Shown: piece by piece, positions 35,990 to 45,133 of the stretch
Layout: every line of letters begins with the position of its first letter
Numbering within the stretch: position 1 is the stretch's first letter
From: Acidobacteriota bacterium
GTDB lineage: Bacteria; Acidobacteriota; UBA6911; RPQK01; JAJDTT01
DNA length: 64,000 bases
Direction of reading: 5' to 3'
Assembly (NCBI GenBank): GCA_965217775.1
Contig: CBDCJH010000002.1
Coordinates: 4,640,001-4,704,000, forward strand
Program-made: the position numbers and the translations under genes
Notes under the pieces: model-generated
What the model was told of the DNA's origin: nothing
Database searches by the model: none
Seen by the model: only the letters and a program-made list of their open reading frames with translations

Positions 35990-37906
35990 GTCACGGTAGG
36001 AACGGCAGTTTCCTGCCGCCCCCCGCACAGATCCGGACGTGCCCGTTAAGGCATCCGGCTCCTACCTTGGGTGTGGACGGCCAGCGGAACCGCTGCCCCG
36101 GCCACGGGTGACGGATCTTCACGGATGGCCAGAGCAATTCCGTCATCCGTCGCAACCGTCCCCAGCTGAAGCGGTCGCGTTGGGACCGGCGGCGCAAGGC
36201 TCGCAGCCACCGCCGTTGCAGCAGATAGCAGAAACCTCGCAGCCAGCGCGTACTCCCCGGAACCGCAAAATAGTTCAGCCAGCCGTTCAGGACCCGGCTC
36301 AACCATTTCCCGACCTCCCAGTGATCCGCGTGCCGTTGTCTCCACAGCCTCTCCCCCAACCGTTGCAGGGTCCGGTTCATCCGTTTCGCGCTTGGCTTCC
36401 GCCCCAGCCGGAAGCGTCCCTTCCGGGTCTTCGCACAGTAGTGCGTGAACCCCAGAAAGTCGAACGTCTCCGGTTTCCGCTCCCCGCGTCGTCGCCGATC
36501 CGCTGCCGCAAATCGTCCGAACTCCACCAGTCGCGTCTTTTCCGGGTGCAGTTCCAGCCCGAACTCGGCGCACCGTTCCCCCAGGTCTCGGAGAAACCGT
36601 TTCGCGTCCGCCCGTCTCTGGAATCCGGCCACGAAGTCGTCCGCATATCGCACCAGGATCGCTTCGCCTTTCGGGACTCGTGGGCGCCACGTCCGATGGA
36701 ACCATTGGTCCAGCACGTAGTGCAGGTACACGTTGGCCATGACCGGCGAGACGTTGGCGCCCTGAGGCGTCCCTCTCCCCGTGTCCGACCAGGTCCCTTC
36801 TTCCATCACGCCGGCGTTCAGCCACTTGCGCAGCAGCCGCAGCACCCGCCGGTCTCCGATCCGCCGTTCCACGAACTGCATCAGGCAGTCCCGGTCGATC
36901 GCATCAAAGAACGTCCGAATGTCCGCGTCCACGATCCAGTTGACTTTCCGCCGTTCGATCCCGTAGGCCAGTGCATCCAGCGCGTCATGCGCCTTCCGTC
37001 CGGGCCGGAACCCGTAGCTGAGCCCGAGAAACTCCGCCTCGTAAATCGGCGTCAGGAGCTCGTCCACGACTGCCTTCTGGAGGATCTTGTCCTCCAGCGC
37101 GGCCACGCCGAGCGGTCGTGTCCTTCCATCCGGCTTGGGGATGTTCACCCGCCGGACGGGAGGCGCTCGGTACGCGCCCCGGTGCACGCGGCGATGCAGG
37201 TCCAGCAGTCGCTCTTCCAGCTTCGCCCCGTACTCCTCCCACCGGACCCCGTCGATTCCCGGCGCAGCATCCTTCCTCAGTCCGAGGTAGGCGCGGCGCA
37301 GGGCCTCCACAGTGATATGGTGCAGCAGCGCGGTCAGTCGCTCCTTGGGGTTTCTCGCGATCGCTCGCCGTATCCGGTCCACCGCTTGGGACACGCTCCC
37401 CCGACTCTGCGTCCGGCGCGTGCTTTGGCTCACCGAATTCCCCTTGGTTCCATCCCTTCGCTCCACCGGCTCCGCCGAGGGTCGCCCCTCTTTGTTCGCC
37501 CGCTTCATCGCTACTATGGATGAATCCGATTGCTTCGTTCCGTCCATCATGAGTTTCGGGTTACTCCTTTCTCATGCGACCCCGGGGCGACCCCCCGGCG
37601 TGAAATGAAGCCCTCCCAGGTCCCGGAACAAGATTTGCGTACGTGCCTGGGTTCTTTGACACCGCGGAGCCCGGCCGTCCCTCACCTGGGCGGTCCAGCC
37701 GGTGTTGCCTTCGACCGCGACTACAGTCTCGGCACTTCCGATCATGGAGCTTTCGATGCTCAATAGCCTGCCCATACGCACCGCTACCGACGCTTCGCCG
37801 ACACCCTCACGGGTGCCAACGCACGGCTCGCGGAGAAACGTGGATGGTTAGTCCTTCGTTTCGGCGGACTTCCACCGCCTATCTTGTGCCAGTTAGCCTG
37901 GCGCAC
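35990..37906 (-). mobile_element. Group II intron, copy 1 (1917 bp), between gspG and gspH
   Basis: 5' GTGCG; DV GAGCCGGATGC..GCACGTCCGGATCTG; 3' CTACCGTGAC; boundaries confirmed by the identical second copy. Confidence 0.95.
35991..37550 (-). CDS. ltrA: Group II intron reverse transcriptase/maturase, no En domain (bacterial class E-like by recall)
   Basis: APGIDG, IPKPDG, SYGFRPGR, GTPQG, RYADD, FDFLGF, GWLNYF. Confidence 0.95.
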   Translation of the reverse strand: MMDGTKQSDSSIVAMKRANKEGRPSAEPVERRDGTKGNSVSQSTRRTQSRGSVSQAVDRIRRAIARNPKERLTALLHHITVEALRRAYLGLRKDAAPGIDGVRWEEYGAKLEERLLDLHRRVHRGAYRAPPVRRVNIPKPDGRTRPLGVAALEDKILQKAVVDELLTPIYEAEFLGLSYGFRPGRKAHDALDALAYGIERRKVNWIVDADIRTFFDAIDRDCLMQFVERRIGDRRVLRLLRKWLNAGVMEEGTWSDTGRGTPQGANVSPVMANVYLHYVLDQWFHRTWRPRVPKGEAILVRYADDFVAGFQRRADAKRFLRDLGERCAEFGLELHPEKTRLVEFGRFAAADRRRRGERKPETFDFLGFTHYCAKTRKGRFRLGRKPSAKRMNRTLQRLGERLWRQRHADHWEVGKWLSRVLNGWLNYFAVPGSTRWLRGFCYLLQRRWLRALRRRSQRDRFSWGRLRRMTELLWPSVKIRHPWPGQRFRWPSTPKVGAGCLNGHVRICAGGGRKLPFLP

Positions 37907-37920
37907 AGCCGCCGCTCCCC

Positions 37921-38376
37921 CTACCAGGAGGCCACGTCGGCGCTGTCGGATTCGCCTCCTTCCACGCCGTCGGCGCCCCAGCTCCAGAGGTCGTAGTCGC
38001 CGTACTGTCCCGGGGCGCGGTACTGGTACTCACGGCCCCAGGGGTCGTTGGGCAGGGTCCGCTTGTCCAGGTAGGGACCGCTCCAGTTGTGGAGCCCGGC
38101 GTTTTCCAACAAGCTGGTGAGCCCCTCCGCCGTGTTGGGGTAGCGGCCCACGTCGAAACGAAAAAGACCCAGGGCTCCTTCGAACTGGTCGATCTGGAGC
38201 TTGGCGATCTCGCTCTTTCCCCGGCCCAGGCGTTCCATCACCTTGGGACCCACCACCGTGGCCAGAAGTCCCAGGATCACCAGCACCACGATGAGCTCGA
38301 TCAGGGAAAACCCTCGATCGCGTTTCCTTTCCTCCGTTTCCACGGCCTTGGCGGCCTTGTCGACTGTCCTGCTCAC
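37921..38376 (-). CDS. gspG: Major pseudopilin GspG
   Basis: GFSLIEL, GRYPNTAEGL, WSGPYL, DPWG, GADG. Confidence 0.96.
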   Translation of the reverse strand: MSRTVDKAAKAVETEERKRDRGFSLIELIVVLVILGLLATVVGPKVMERLGRGKSEIAKLQIDQFEGALGLFRFDVGRYPNTAEGLTSLLENAGLHNWSGPYLDKRTLPNDPWGREYQYRAPGQYGDYDLWSWGADGVEGGESDSADVASW

Positions 38377-38399
38377 GTCTACCTCCCTTTGATAAGTGC

Positions 38400-39629
38400 C
38401 TACAACGGCACATCGTTGATGCTGAATATGGAATAGAGCATGGAGACCACCATGGTGCCGATGATCAAGCCCATGACCAGGATGAGCAAGGGCTCGAACA
38501 GGGCCACGAACCGCTTGAGCGCCGTCCTCAGGTCGCGGTCGTAGGCGTCGGCGACCTGGAGCAGCATGTCGTCCAGGCGTCCCGTCTCCTCGCCGACCGC
38601 CAGCAGGTGCAGGGCGAAGGGGGGAAAGATATCGGCGTCGCGGATGGGCTTGGACAGCCCGTCTCCCTTCTTGACGCCCGACTTGATGGACTCCATGGTG
38701 GAGGCGATGGCCTGGTTCCCAACCACCTCCTTGACGATGTTCAGGGCCTGAATCAGGGGCACCGTGCTGCGCAGCAGGGTGCCCAGGGTCCGGCTGAAAC
38801 GGGCGACCTCCAGCTTTTGGAAGATGGATCCCAGGAGGGGGAGCTTCAGCATCCGCGAATCCCAGTTGAGCCTTCCCTTCTCAGTCCGGAGGTAGCGCTT
38901 GAAGAACTGCACGATCGCGATCCCCAGCAGCAGGATCAGCCACCAATATCCGGTCAGGACATCCCCGGCGGCCAACATGATCTTCATGGGCAGGGGAATG
39001 GGGGCTCCGGCGTTCTCGAAAATGTCCGCGAACTTGGGGATGATGAAGCCGACCATGACGATGATGGAGGCTCCTCCCACCAGCGCCAGGACCAGAGGGT
39101 AGATGAGGGACGAGACGAAGTAGTTGCGCAGTTCTTCGGAGCGCTCCAGGTACTCCTGCAGGCGCTCCAGGATCTTGTCCAGGGCGCCGCCGATCTCACC
39201 CGCCCGAACCATGTTCACGTAGATCTTGGGGAAGATGTGGGGGTGCATGGCCATGCCTTCGGAAAGGGACTTGCCCCCTTTGATCTCCCGCAGCAGTTCC
39301 TTGACCACGTCGCGCAGATGGCGGTTCTCGGTCAACTCGCCCAGCACGCTCAGGCTCCGGTCCAGGGGCAGACCCGCCTTCACCAGAGTGGAGAGCTCCT
39401 GGGTGAAGACCAGGAGGTCGGCCCGGGCGACTCGATTGCGGCGCCAGGGGAGCTTGATCTCGCGGCTCAGCAGGCCGCCGGACTCGGTGGTGCCGGCGGA
39501 CGAGATGGTCACCGGGAACTGGCCCTGATCCCGGAGGCGCGAGGTGACGCCGCGGACGTTCGCCGCCTCCAACGTGCCCTCGACTACTCGTCCGTCGGCC
39601 GTGACCGCCTTGTACTGGAAGAAAGCCAT
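38400..39629 (-). CDS. gspF: T2SS inner membrane platform protein
   Basis: AGLPL, AGEIGGAL, LIYP, VGEETGRL. Confidence 0.95.
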   Translation of the reverse strand: MAFFQYKAVTADGRVVEGTLEAANVRGVTSRLRDQGQFPVTISSAGTTESGGLLSREIKLPWRRNRVARADLLVFTQELSTLVKAGLPLDRSLSVLGELTENRHLRDVVKELLREIKGGKSLSEGMAMHPHIFPKIYVNMVRAGEIGGALDKILERLQEYLERSEELRNYFVSSLIYPLVLALVGGASIIVMVGFIIPKFADIFENAGAPIPLPMKIMLAAGDVLTGYWWLILLLGIAIVQFFKRYLRTEKGRLNWDSRMLKLPLLGSIFQKLEVARFSRTLGTLLRSTVPLIQALNIVKEVVGNQAIASTMESIKSGVKKGDGLSKPIRDADIFPPFALHLLAVGEETGRLDDMLLQVADAYDRDLRTALKRFVALFEPLLILVMGLIIGTMVVSMLYSIFSINDVPL

Positions 39630-39696
39630 TGGAAGTCCTTCGGACTAAATTCCCGATCCTGCCGGGGATCGAAGAGGGCGCCCACGAAGGGCGCGC

Positions 39697-41409
39697 TTAT
39701 TGATCCTGGGTCACCCTCAATACCTCCGCGACGGAGGTCAGTCCGGTCTTGACCTTGCCGAAGCCGTCCTGGCGCAGTGCCTTCATCCCGCCTTCCAGGG
39801 CCGCCTTTCGCAACCGGGTGGAGTCGGCGTTGGTGATGGTGAGGCGCCGGATCGGCTCGCGCATCAGCATCAGCTCGAAGATCCCGACCCGGCCCTGATA
39901 TCCGGTGTGGTCGCACTCCTTGCAACCCATTCCCTGGGAGGCCGCGACCGCGGACTGCAGAGGGAAGCCGATCTCCCTCAGAAATTCCGGCTCCAGAAAC
40001 TGCTCCTGGCGGCAGTGGGGGCAGACGACCCGGACCAGCCGCTGGGCCAGCACGCCCAGGACCGAGGAGGCCAGCAGATAGTCCTGGGCCCCCATGTCCA
40101 CCAGCCGGGCGATGGCGCTGGGGGCGTCGTTGGTGTGCAGGGTGCTGAAGACCAGGTGACCGGTCAGGGCGGCGCGGATGGCGATCTCCGCCGTCTCCAG
40201 ATCCCGGATCTCTCCGACCATGATGACATCCGGGTCCTGGCGGACGATGGAACGGAGCCCGGCGGCGAAGGTCAACCCGATCTGGGGATTGACGTGGATC
40301 TGGTTGATGCCGTTGATCTGATACTCCACCGGATCCTCGATGGTGATGATCTTCTTGTCGGGGAGATTGATCTTGCTGAGGGCGCCGTAAAGGGTGGTGG
40401 TCTTGCCGCTGCCGGTGGGGCCCGTCACCAGGATGATGCCGTGGGGCCGCAGGATCAGCTTCTGGAACGCCTGGTAGGTTTCGGGTGCGAATCCCAGCTT
40501 TTCCAAGTCGTAGATCTGGGTGTTGCTCTTGTCCAGGATCCGCATGACCACGCTCTCCCCGTACATGGTCGGCAACGTGGACACGCGGAGGTCCACGTCC
40601 TTCCCCAGGACCCTCATCTTGATCCGGCCGTCCTGGGGGATCCGGCGCTCGGCGATGTTGAGCTTGGACATGATCTTGATTCGGGAGATGGTCGCGGCCT
40701 TCAGCCGCTTGGGGGGAGACTCGACGTCGTAGAGGACGCCGTCGATCCGGTAGCGGACCTTGAGTTCCCGTTCGAAGGGCTCGATGTGGATGTCGGAGGC
40801 CCGGGATTGGACGGCTCGGGACAGGATCAGGTTGACCAGACGGATGACGGGAGCTTCGGAAGCCAGATCCTTGAGATGCTCCACGTCGTCGCTGTCTTCG
40901 CCCAAGCCCTCCACGTCGGTGTCGATCCCCTCCACGATGCGCCCCAGACTCGAGGCCTGGTTGCCGTAGAAGCGTTCGATCAGATCCAGGATCTCGTTCT
41001 CGGGGGCCAGGACCACGCTGACCCGGTCGTAACGGGTGTAGAGACGGATGGCGTCCAGGGTGGAGCGGTCCAGGGGGTCCACCATGGCGATGGTCAGCTC
41101 CCCGCCGCCGGTGCCGATGGGAACGAACTTGCATTCCCTCATGAACTGCACCGAGAAGGTGTTCTCCACCACCGGAACCGTCGGGAAGTTTTCGGCCAGG
41201 ACGTAGGGGATTTCCAGATACTCGCTCAGATGCCTGACCAGGTCGGTCTCCGAGAGAGCACCCAGGTCGATGAGCAGCTTGCCCATCTTCTCCCGGGACT
41301 GCTTCCGGAGATTCCGAGCCGTGCTCAACTCCTCCGAAGAGATGACCCCGCGCTCGACGAGGACCTCTCCAAAGAGTGCCTTTTCCTTCAAATCAGCCAG
41401 TTTGACCAT
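39697..41409 (-). CDS. gspE: T2SS ATPase
   Basis: ASDIHIEP, GPTGSGKT, TIEDPVEY, RQDPDVIMVGEIRD, CxxC pairs. Confidence 0.96.
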   Translation of the reverse strand: MVKLADLKEKALFGEVLVERGVISSEELSTARNLRKQSREKMGKLLIDLGALSETDLVRHLSEYLEIPYVLAENFPTVPVVENTFSVQFMRECKFVPIGTGGGELTIAMVDPLDRSTLDAIRLYTRYDRVSVVLAPENEILDLIERFYGNQASSLGRIVEGIDTDVEGLGEDSDDVEHLKDLASEAPVIRLVNLILSRAVQSRASDIHIEPFERELKVRYRIDGVLYDVESPPKRLKAATISRIKIMSKLNIAERRIPQDGRIKMRVLGKDVDLRVSTLPTMYGESVVMRILDKSNTQIYDLEKLGFAPETYQAFQKLILRPHGIILVTGPTGSGKTTTLYGALSKINLPDKKIITIEDPVEYQINGINQIHVNPQIGLTFAAGLRSIVRQDPDVIMVGEIRDLETAEIAIRAALTGHLVFSTLHTNDAPSAIARLVDMGAQDYLLASSVLGVLAQRLVRVVCPHCRQEQFLEPEFLREIGFPLQSAVAASQGMGCKECDHTGYQGRVGIFELMLMREPIRRLTITNADSTRLRKAALEGGMKALRQDGFGKVKTGLTSVAEVLRVTQDQ

Positions 41410-41423
41410 GGGAATTCTCGAAA

Positions 41424-41972
41424 TCAGTACTCCTTGACGTCGACCCGGTCCCTGAAGTTCTCGGTCGAGATCTTCTTCATGGCCACCAGATCGACATCGT
41501 CCTTGGAGGCGGTCAGGACCAGTGTCTTCCGGCTCTTCCGGGCATCCAGCTCGTTCCGGTCGTCCACGTAGGCGGCGATGGAGATGCGGTCGTGGCCCCC
41601 CAACTGCTTGATGCTGTCGCCATACTCGATCAAGGCATCGATGAGGGTCGTCCGGATCACGCGCATGTGCTCCTCGGTGGTGCGTTTCGAAGCCGGCCGC
41701 GGGTCCCGCACCTCGCCGAACGGAGTCCGAATGGTCCTGCGATTCACGTTGATCTGGAAGGAGAAGAGCATCCCGTAGCCCTGCAGATAGGCTCCCCGGG
41801 GCTCACTCGTGATGGCGAACGGATCGGAGAAGTTCTGCTTGAGCACTTCGTGGACGATGCGTTCGAAGATCTCGGTGTCCTGTTTCAACCGCTCCAGGTT
41901 GAGATGCTGCTGGGCGAGTCCGTTCACGCTGGACAACCAGCCTGCAAGCACGACCAGTCCAATGTACCACAT
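41424..41972 (-). CDS. Hypothetical exported protein
   Basis: RBS GAGGAGG, signal peptide; lies between the anti-sigma gene and gspE. Confidence 0.75.
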   Translation of the reverse strand: MWYIGLVVLAGWLSSVNGLAQQHLNLERLKQDTEIFERIVHEVLKQNFSDPFAITSEPRGAYLQGYGMLFSFQINVNRRTIRTPFGEVRDPRPASKRTTEEHMRVIRTTLIDALIEYGDSIKQLGGHDRISIAAYVDDRNELDARKSRKTLVLTASKDDVDLVAMKKISTENFRDRVDVKEY

Positions 41973-42129
41973 CACCTTCAACCCTCCTCTTGGCGACTTG
42001 CGGCCGACTCCGGGGAGTCGACCGGTCGTCGCAAATTCCAAGTTCCAAGCACCAAAACGGGTAGTTCGTTTCGTTTTTTCGGGAAAAGTGTCCGAATTCG
42101 GACACTTTGTACCATTTTCGGACACCTAG

Positions 42130-42182
42130 GAGCCTGCGCCGCAGAAATTGATCCGCTACGATCATTCCTACGGCGCAGACTC
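42130..42182. mobile_element. MITE family C, minimal 53-bp copy
   Basis: GAGCCTGCGCCGCAGAAATTGATC..GATCATTCCTACGGCGCAGACTC inverted ends, flanked by CTAG / CTGG. Confidence 0.6.
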
Positions 42183-42190
42183 CTGGCCCA

Positions 42191-42751
42191 TCAGCGCAGG
42201 ATCAGGGCGCGCATGGTCCGGTACTCCTCCTGAGCATCTCTCTGCTGCAAGTCCAGGGCCTGCAGATACTGATGGATCTGGCCCAGGTCCCGCTCCAGGT
42301 CGTCGCGCACCTGGATCACATACTGCCCGATGAGACGCCGCTCCTCCTCCTGCCGGGCGACCACCACGTCATTGATCGTGGTCTCCAATTCCTGGCGGGT
42401 CACCTCCAGGGTGGCCCGCTCCCCCCAGCCCAGATCCCGGGCGATGACCGTCATCCCCAAGAGCATCAGGATGCAGGCCGCCGCCTTGTAGACGACTTTC
42501 CAGGCCGGACTCCGGTCGACCCCGCGGAGAAATCCGAGGACCTTGGCGCCGGAACCGGCGCCGGCCTCGGGAACCGCCTGGCCCAGGTCCCACTGGCCCA
42601 ACAGGGAACGGGTCTCCACCAACTCCAGGTATTCGGCCTTGCAATCCGGGCAACTCTCCAGGTGGCGGAAGAACTCCAGGCAGCGATCGGGGTTCAGCTC
42701 CTCGCCGTAGAGGACGTCCATCATCCGCTCGTGCATGGTCGTGCAGTTCAT
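42191..42751 (-). CDS. Anti-sigma factor (zf-HC2-like)
   Basis: HLESCPDC, one TM, coupled to the sigma gene. Confidence 0.85.
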   Translation of the reverse strand: MNCTTMHERMMDVLYGEELNPDRCLEFFRHLESCPDCKAEYLELVETRSLLGQWDLGQAVPEAGAGSGAKVLGFLRGVDRSPAWKVVYKAAACILMLLGMTVIARDLGWGERATLEVTRQELETTINDVVVARQEEERRLIGQYVIQVRDDLERDLGQIHQYLQALDLQQRDAQEEYRTMRALILR

Positions 42752-43296
42752 AGTTTCTTCTCCATCAATCTTCTCAACGTCTTCAATCCCAGATACATGC
42801 GCGATTTCGCCGTGGAAAGGGGCAGATCCAGGATCTGAGCGATCTCACGGAACTTCAGGCCCTGATATTCCTTCATCAAGATGACCGTCTTCTGTTCCTC
42901 GGGGAGCTTCAACAGGGCCTCGCGAAGCAGCCGGACCCTCTCCTTGGTGACCAGAGCCTGCTCGGGCGACGGCTCGCCGGCCTTGGCCAACGGCGCCTCG
43001 ATCGACTCCAGCAGAGGCACCGTGTCGAAGCGGCGGCGGCGAAAACGCATCCGGCACTCGTTGAGGGCGATCTTGTAGAGCCAGGAAGAGAAGCGCCTGG
43101 GATCGGTCAGGCGGCCCAGGTTCTTGTACGCCTTGACGAAGGTCTCCTGGGTCAGATCCCGGGCTTCCTCACGATCGCCGACGTAGCGGTAGATGAAGCC
43201 GTAGATCCTCCGCTCCCACCGGGTCACCAGCTCGCCGAAGCAGCCGCCGTCTCCGGCCAACGCCAACTGGAGTAGATTCTCGTCGCTGAAACTCAT
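42748..43296 (-). CDS. ECF RNA polymerase sigma factor
   Basis: DLTQETF, FSSWLYKIA, REIAQIL..STAKSR. Confidence 0.95.
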   Translation of the reverse strand: MSFSDENLLQLALAGDGGCFGELVTRWERRIYGFIYRYVGDREEARDLTQETFVKAYKNLGRLTDPRRFSSWLYKIALNECRMRFRRRRFDTVPLLESIEAPLAKAGEPSPEQALVTKERVRLLREALLKLPEEQKTVILMKEYQGLKFREIAQILDLPLSTAKSRMYLGLKTLRRLMEKKL

Positions 43297-43423
43297 CCTC
43301 TTGCCTGTGTGATGAGGATGCGCCATGGCGTCTGAAAGTCTAAAGAAAAAGCGTTTTCGGTCTGAATTCCCAAGGGCCGGTCAACGTCGCCAACGCAGAA
43401 AGACTTTTCTTTGACCGAGCCGC

Positions 43424-43592
43424 CGACCCAGCTCCGGGTCCAGGGCCGGAGCCAGGTTCCGGCCCCGGCAACTGCCTGCCAGTTTACCAGTTACGCCCGA
43501 GTCTGACGGATCGGCCGGGTCCCTCGAACCGGGTTTGGCCTCGAAGTTGCTTAGCGACGTACCCCCGAGACTCCGGCTACGGACTGGATCGG
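43424..43592 (-). ncRNA. Candidate 6S RNA-like long irregular hairpin
   Basis: Minus strand CCGATCCAG pairs with CTGGGTCGG and GCCGGAGTC with GGCTCCGGC; about 170 nt; internal AAACCCGGTTCGAGGG. Confidence 0.45.
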
Positions 43593-43594
43593 GT

Positions 43595-43650
43595 GGGGCC
43601 GCCGGTAGTACATGTGCTTCGCAGAAACAGGGTGGGAACCCGGCGGCCCC
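43595..43650 (-). ncRNA. Acido-Lenti-1-like RNA motif
   Basis: Perfect stem GGGGCCGCCGG / CCGGCGGCCCC enclosing CCCACCCTGTTTCTGCGAAGCACA; family call from recall. Confidence 0.55.
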
Positions 43651-43789
43651 ATCCGTCCTTGCGGAAGAAGGAAAGGAGCGGCGGTTTCCAACCGCCGAAC
43701 TCCCGTGGAGCATGGCGGAACGGGCGACTGGAACTCGCCCTTCCTTGTTTCTATGAAGAGTGAAGAAAGACCGGTTGACTTCGGCCTAG

Positions 43790-43947
43790 CAGCCCGTGGC
43801 AAAAGTCATCACGGCATTCGACCGTCCCTGCATCCCGGCGGACGGCGTTGCGATTCGGGCACATACTCCCGGTATGCACCCGAATCGCGCCTTGTCCGGC
43901 GGGCGCAGGAACGGTCTCGGTGCTCGCGGGACTTTCACCACGGACTG
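43790..43947 (+). mobile_element. MITE family A, copy 4
   Basis: Same TIRs; TSD CTAG overlapping the M23 gene stop codon. Confidence 0.92.
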
Positions 43948-44829
43948 CTAGTAACGGAAGAAGCGGACCGGGTTCAGGGGACGGCTGCCCAACTGAATTT
44001 CGTAGTGGAGATGAACTCCGGTGGTGCGGCCCGTGGAACCGACGTATCCGACGATGTCGCCGCGCTGGACCTTCTGCCCCACCTTGACGTTGACCTCGGC
44101 CAGATGCCCATAGCGGGTCACGATGCCGAAACGGTGGCGGAGGTTGACCAACCGGCCGTAGCCGTGGTGCCAACCGGCGTGGGTCACCTCCCCGTCACTG
44201 GTGGCCACGACCTTGGCGCCGCGTGGGGCCGAAATGTCGACTCCGGGATGGAATTCCCTGTTTCCGGTGAAGGGGTCGCTCCGGTAGCCGTATCCGCCCG
44301 ACGGATACCCCCGCACCGGCATCACGGTGGGCAGGGCGGACTGAAGGATGCTGCGAGTCGTGTAGTAGTCCTGAAGCCGTCGCAACTCACTCTCCAAAGT
44401 CATCCGCCGGCCGTCCAGGGTCCGGAAACGCTTCAGGAGGTCTCTGTGATCCAGGGTCAGGAGTGGGCGAGCCACTCGCGCGGGGCCGCCGGCGCCGCCG
44501 AAGCCGTCGTCATCGTTCTCGGAGAGGAACTTGAGGCGGGTGGCGGTCACCTCCAGCGAGGAGATCTTGTCGGTCAACTTGCCGGAGACGGCCCTCAGAC
44601 CCGCATTTTCCTGCCGCATGCGGGCGACCTCCGTCTCGAGCCGGACCACGTGGACGGTCCGTTCCGCCATCCACCAGTAATGGAGCATGGAGAACAGGAA
44701 GGAGAGAAACAGGACACCGCCGAGCAGACCGATAACGGTCGTCAGGACCACGGGCAGGGAATACTTCCTGGCGCCCTCCCTCCCGGAACGAGCGATGATC
44801 AGGGTGTAGGTGTCACCAGTTTTGAGCAC
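43948..44829 (-). CDS. M23 family metallopeptidase
   Basis: TM + coiled coil, HPGVD, YGHL, TGVHLHYE. Confidence 0.93.
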   Translation of the reverse strand: MLKTGDTYTLIIARSGREGARKYSLPVVLTTVIGLLGGVLFLSFLFSMLHYWWMAERTVHVVRLETEVARMRQENAGLRAVSGKLTDKISSLEVTATRLKFLSENDDDGFGGAGGPARVARPLLTLDHRDLLKRFRTLDGRRMTLESELRRLQDYYTTRSILQSALPTVMPVRGYPSGGYGYRSDPFTGNREFHPGVDISAPRGAKVVATSDGEVTHAGWHHGYGRLVNLRHRFGIVTRYGHLAEVNVKVGQKVQRGDIVGYVGSTGRTTGVHLHYEIQLGSRPLNPVRFFRY

Positions 44830-44956
44830 TGTCGCGTACTTTGAGAGATGGGAACGAGTCCGACCGCGGTTTCCCGCCCAAGCGCCCCATCAGCCATAAG
44901 GCGCCGGTCAGGACATCGAGGGTCGGATTCTAGTTTGGGGTGTTCCGGGAAGTCAA

Positions 44957-45126
44957 GGAGCGGCGACTTTCTTGTCGCCGAGCAGGGGGGCAGGGGGGAC
45001 GGAGTCCCCACTTCACACTTTCCCCCCTCTACACGTTCCGGCCACCGAATCGCTTAGCGGCATGGAAGAGCAGGCGGCAAGAAAGCCGCCTGTCCCAGTG
45101 GGCGACAAGAAAGTCGCCCCTCCGGG
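44957..45126. repeat. Composite REP cluster (empty homologue of the intron copy 2 site)
   Basis: Aligns by eye to 53193-53318 + 55236-55277; three GGCG(A/G)CAAGAAAG(T/C)CGCC hairpins. Confidence 0.85.
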
Positions 45127-45133
45127 TCGACCC

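Noticed and set aside
35991-37550. Retron, DGR or CRISPR-associated RT
   Set aside because: Has a maturase region, a GUGCG start, DV/DVI and two copies with precise intron boundaries
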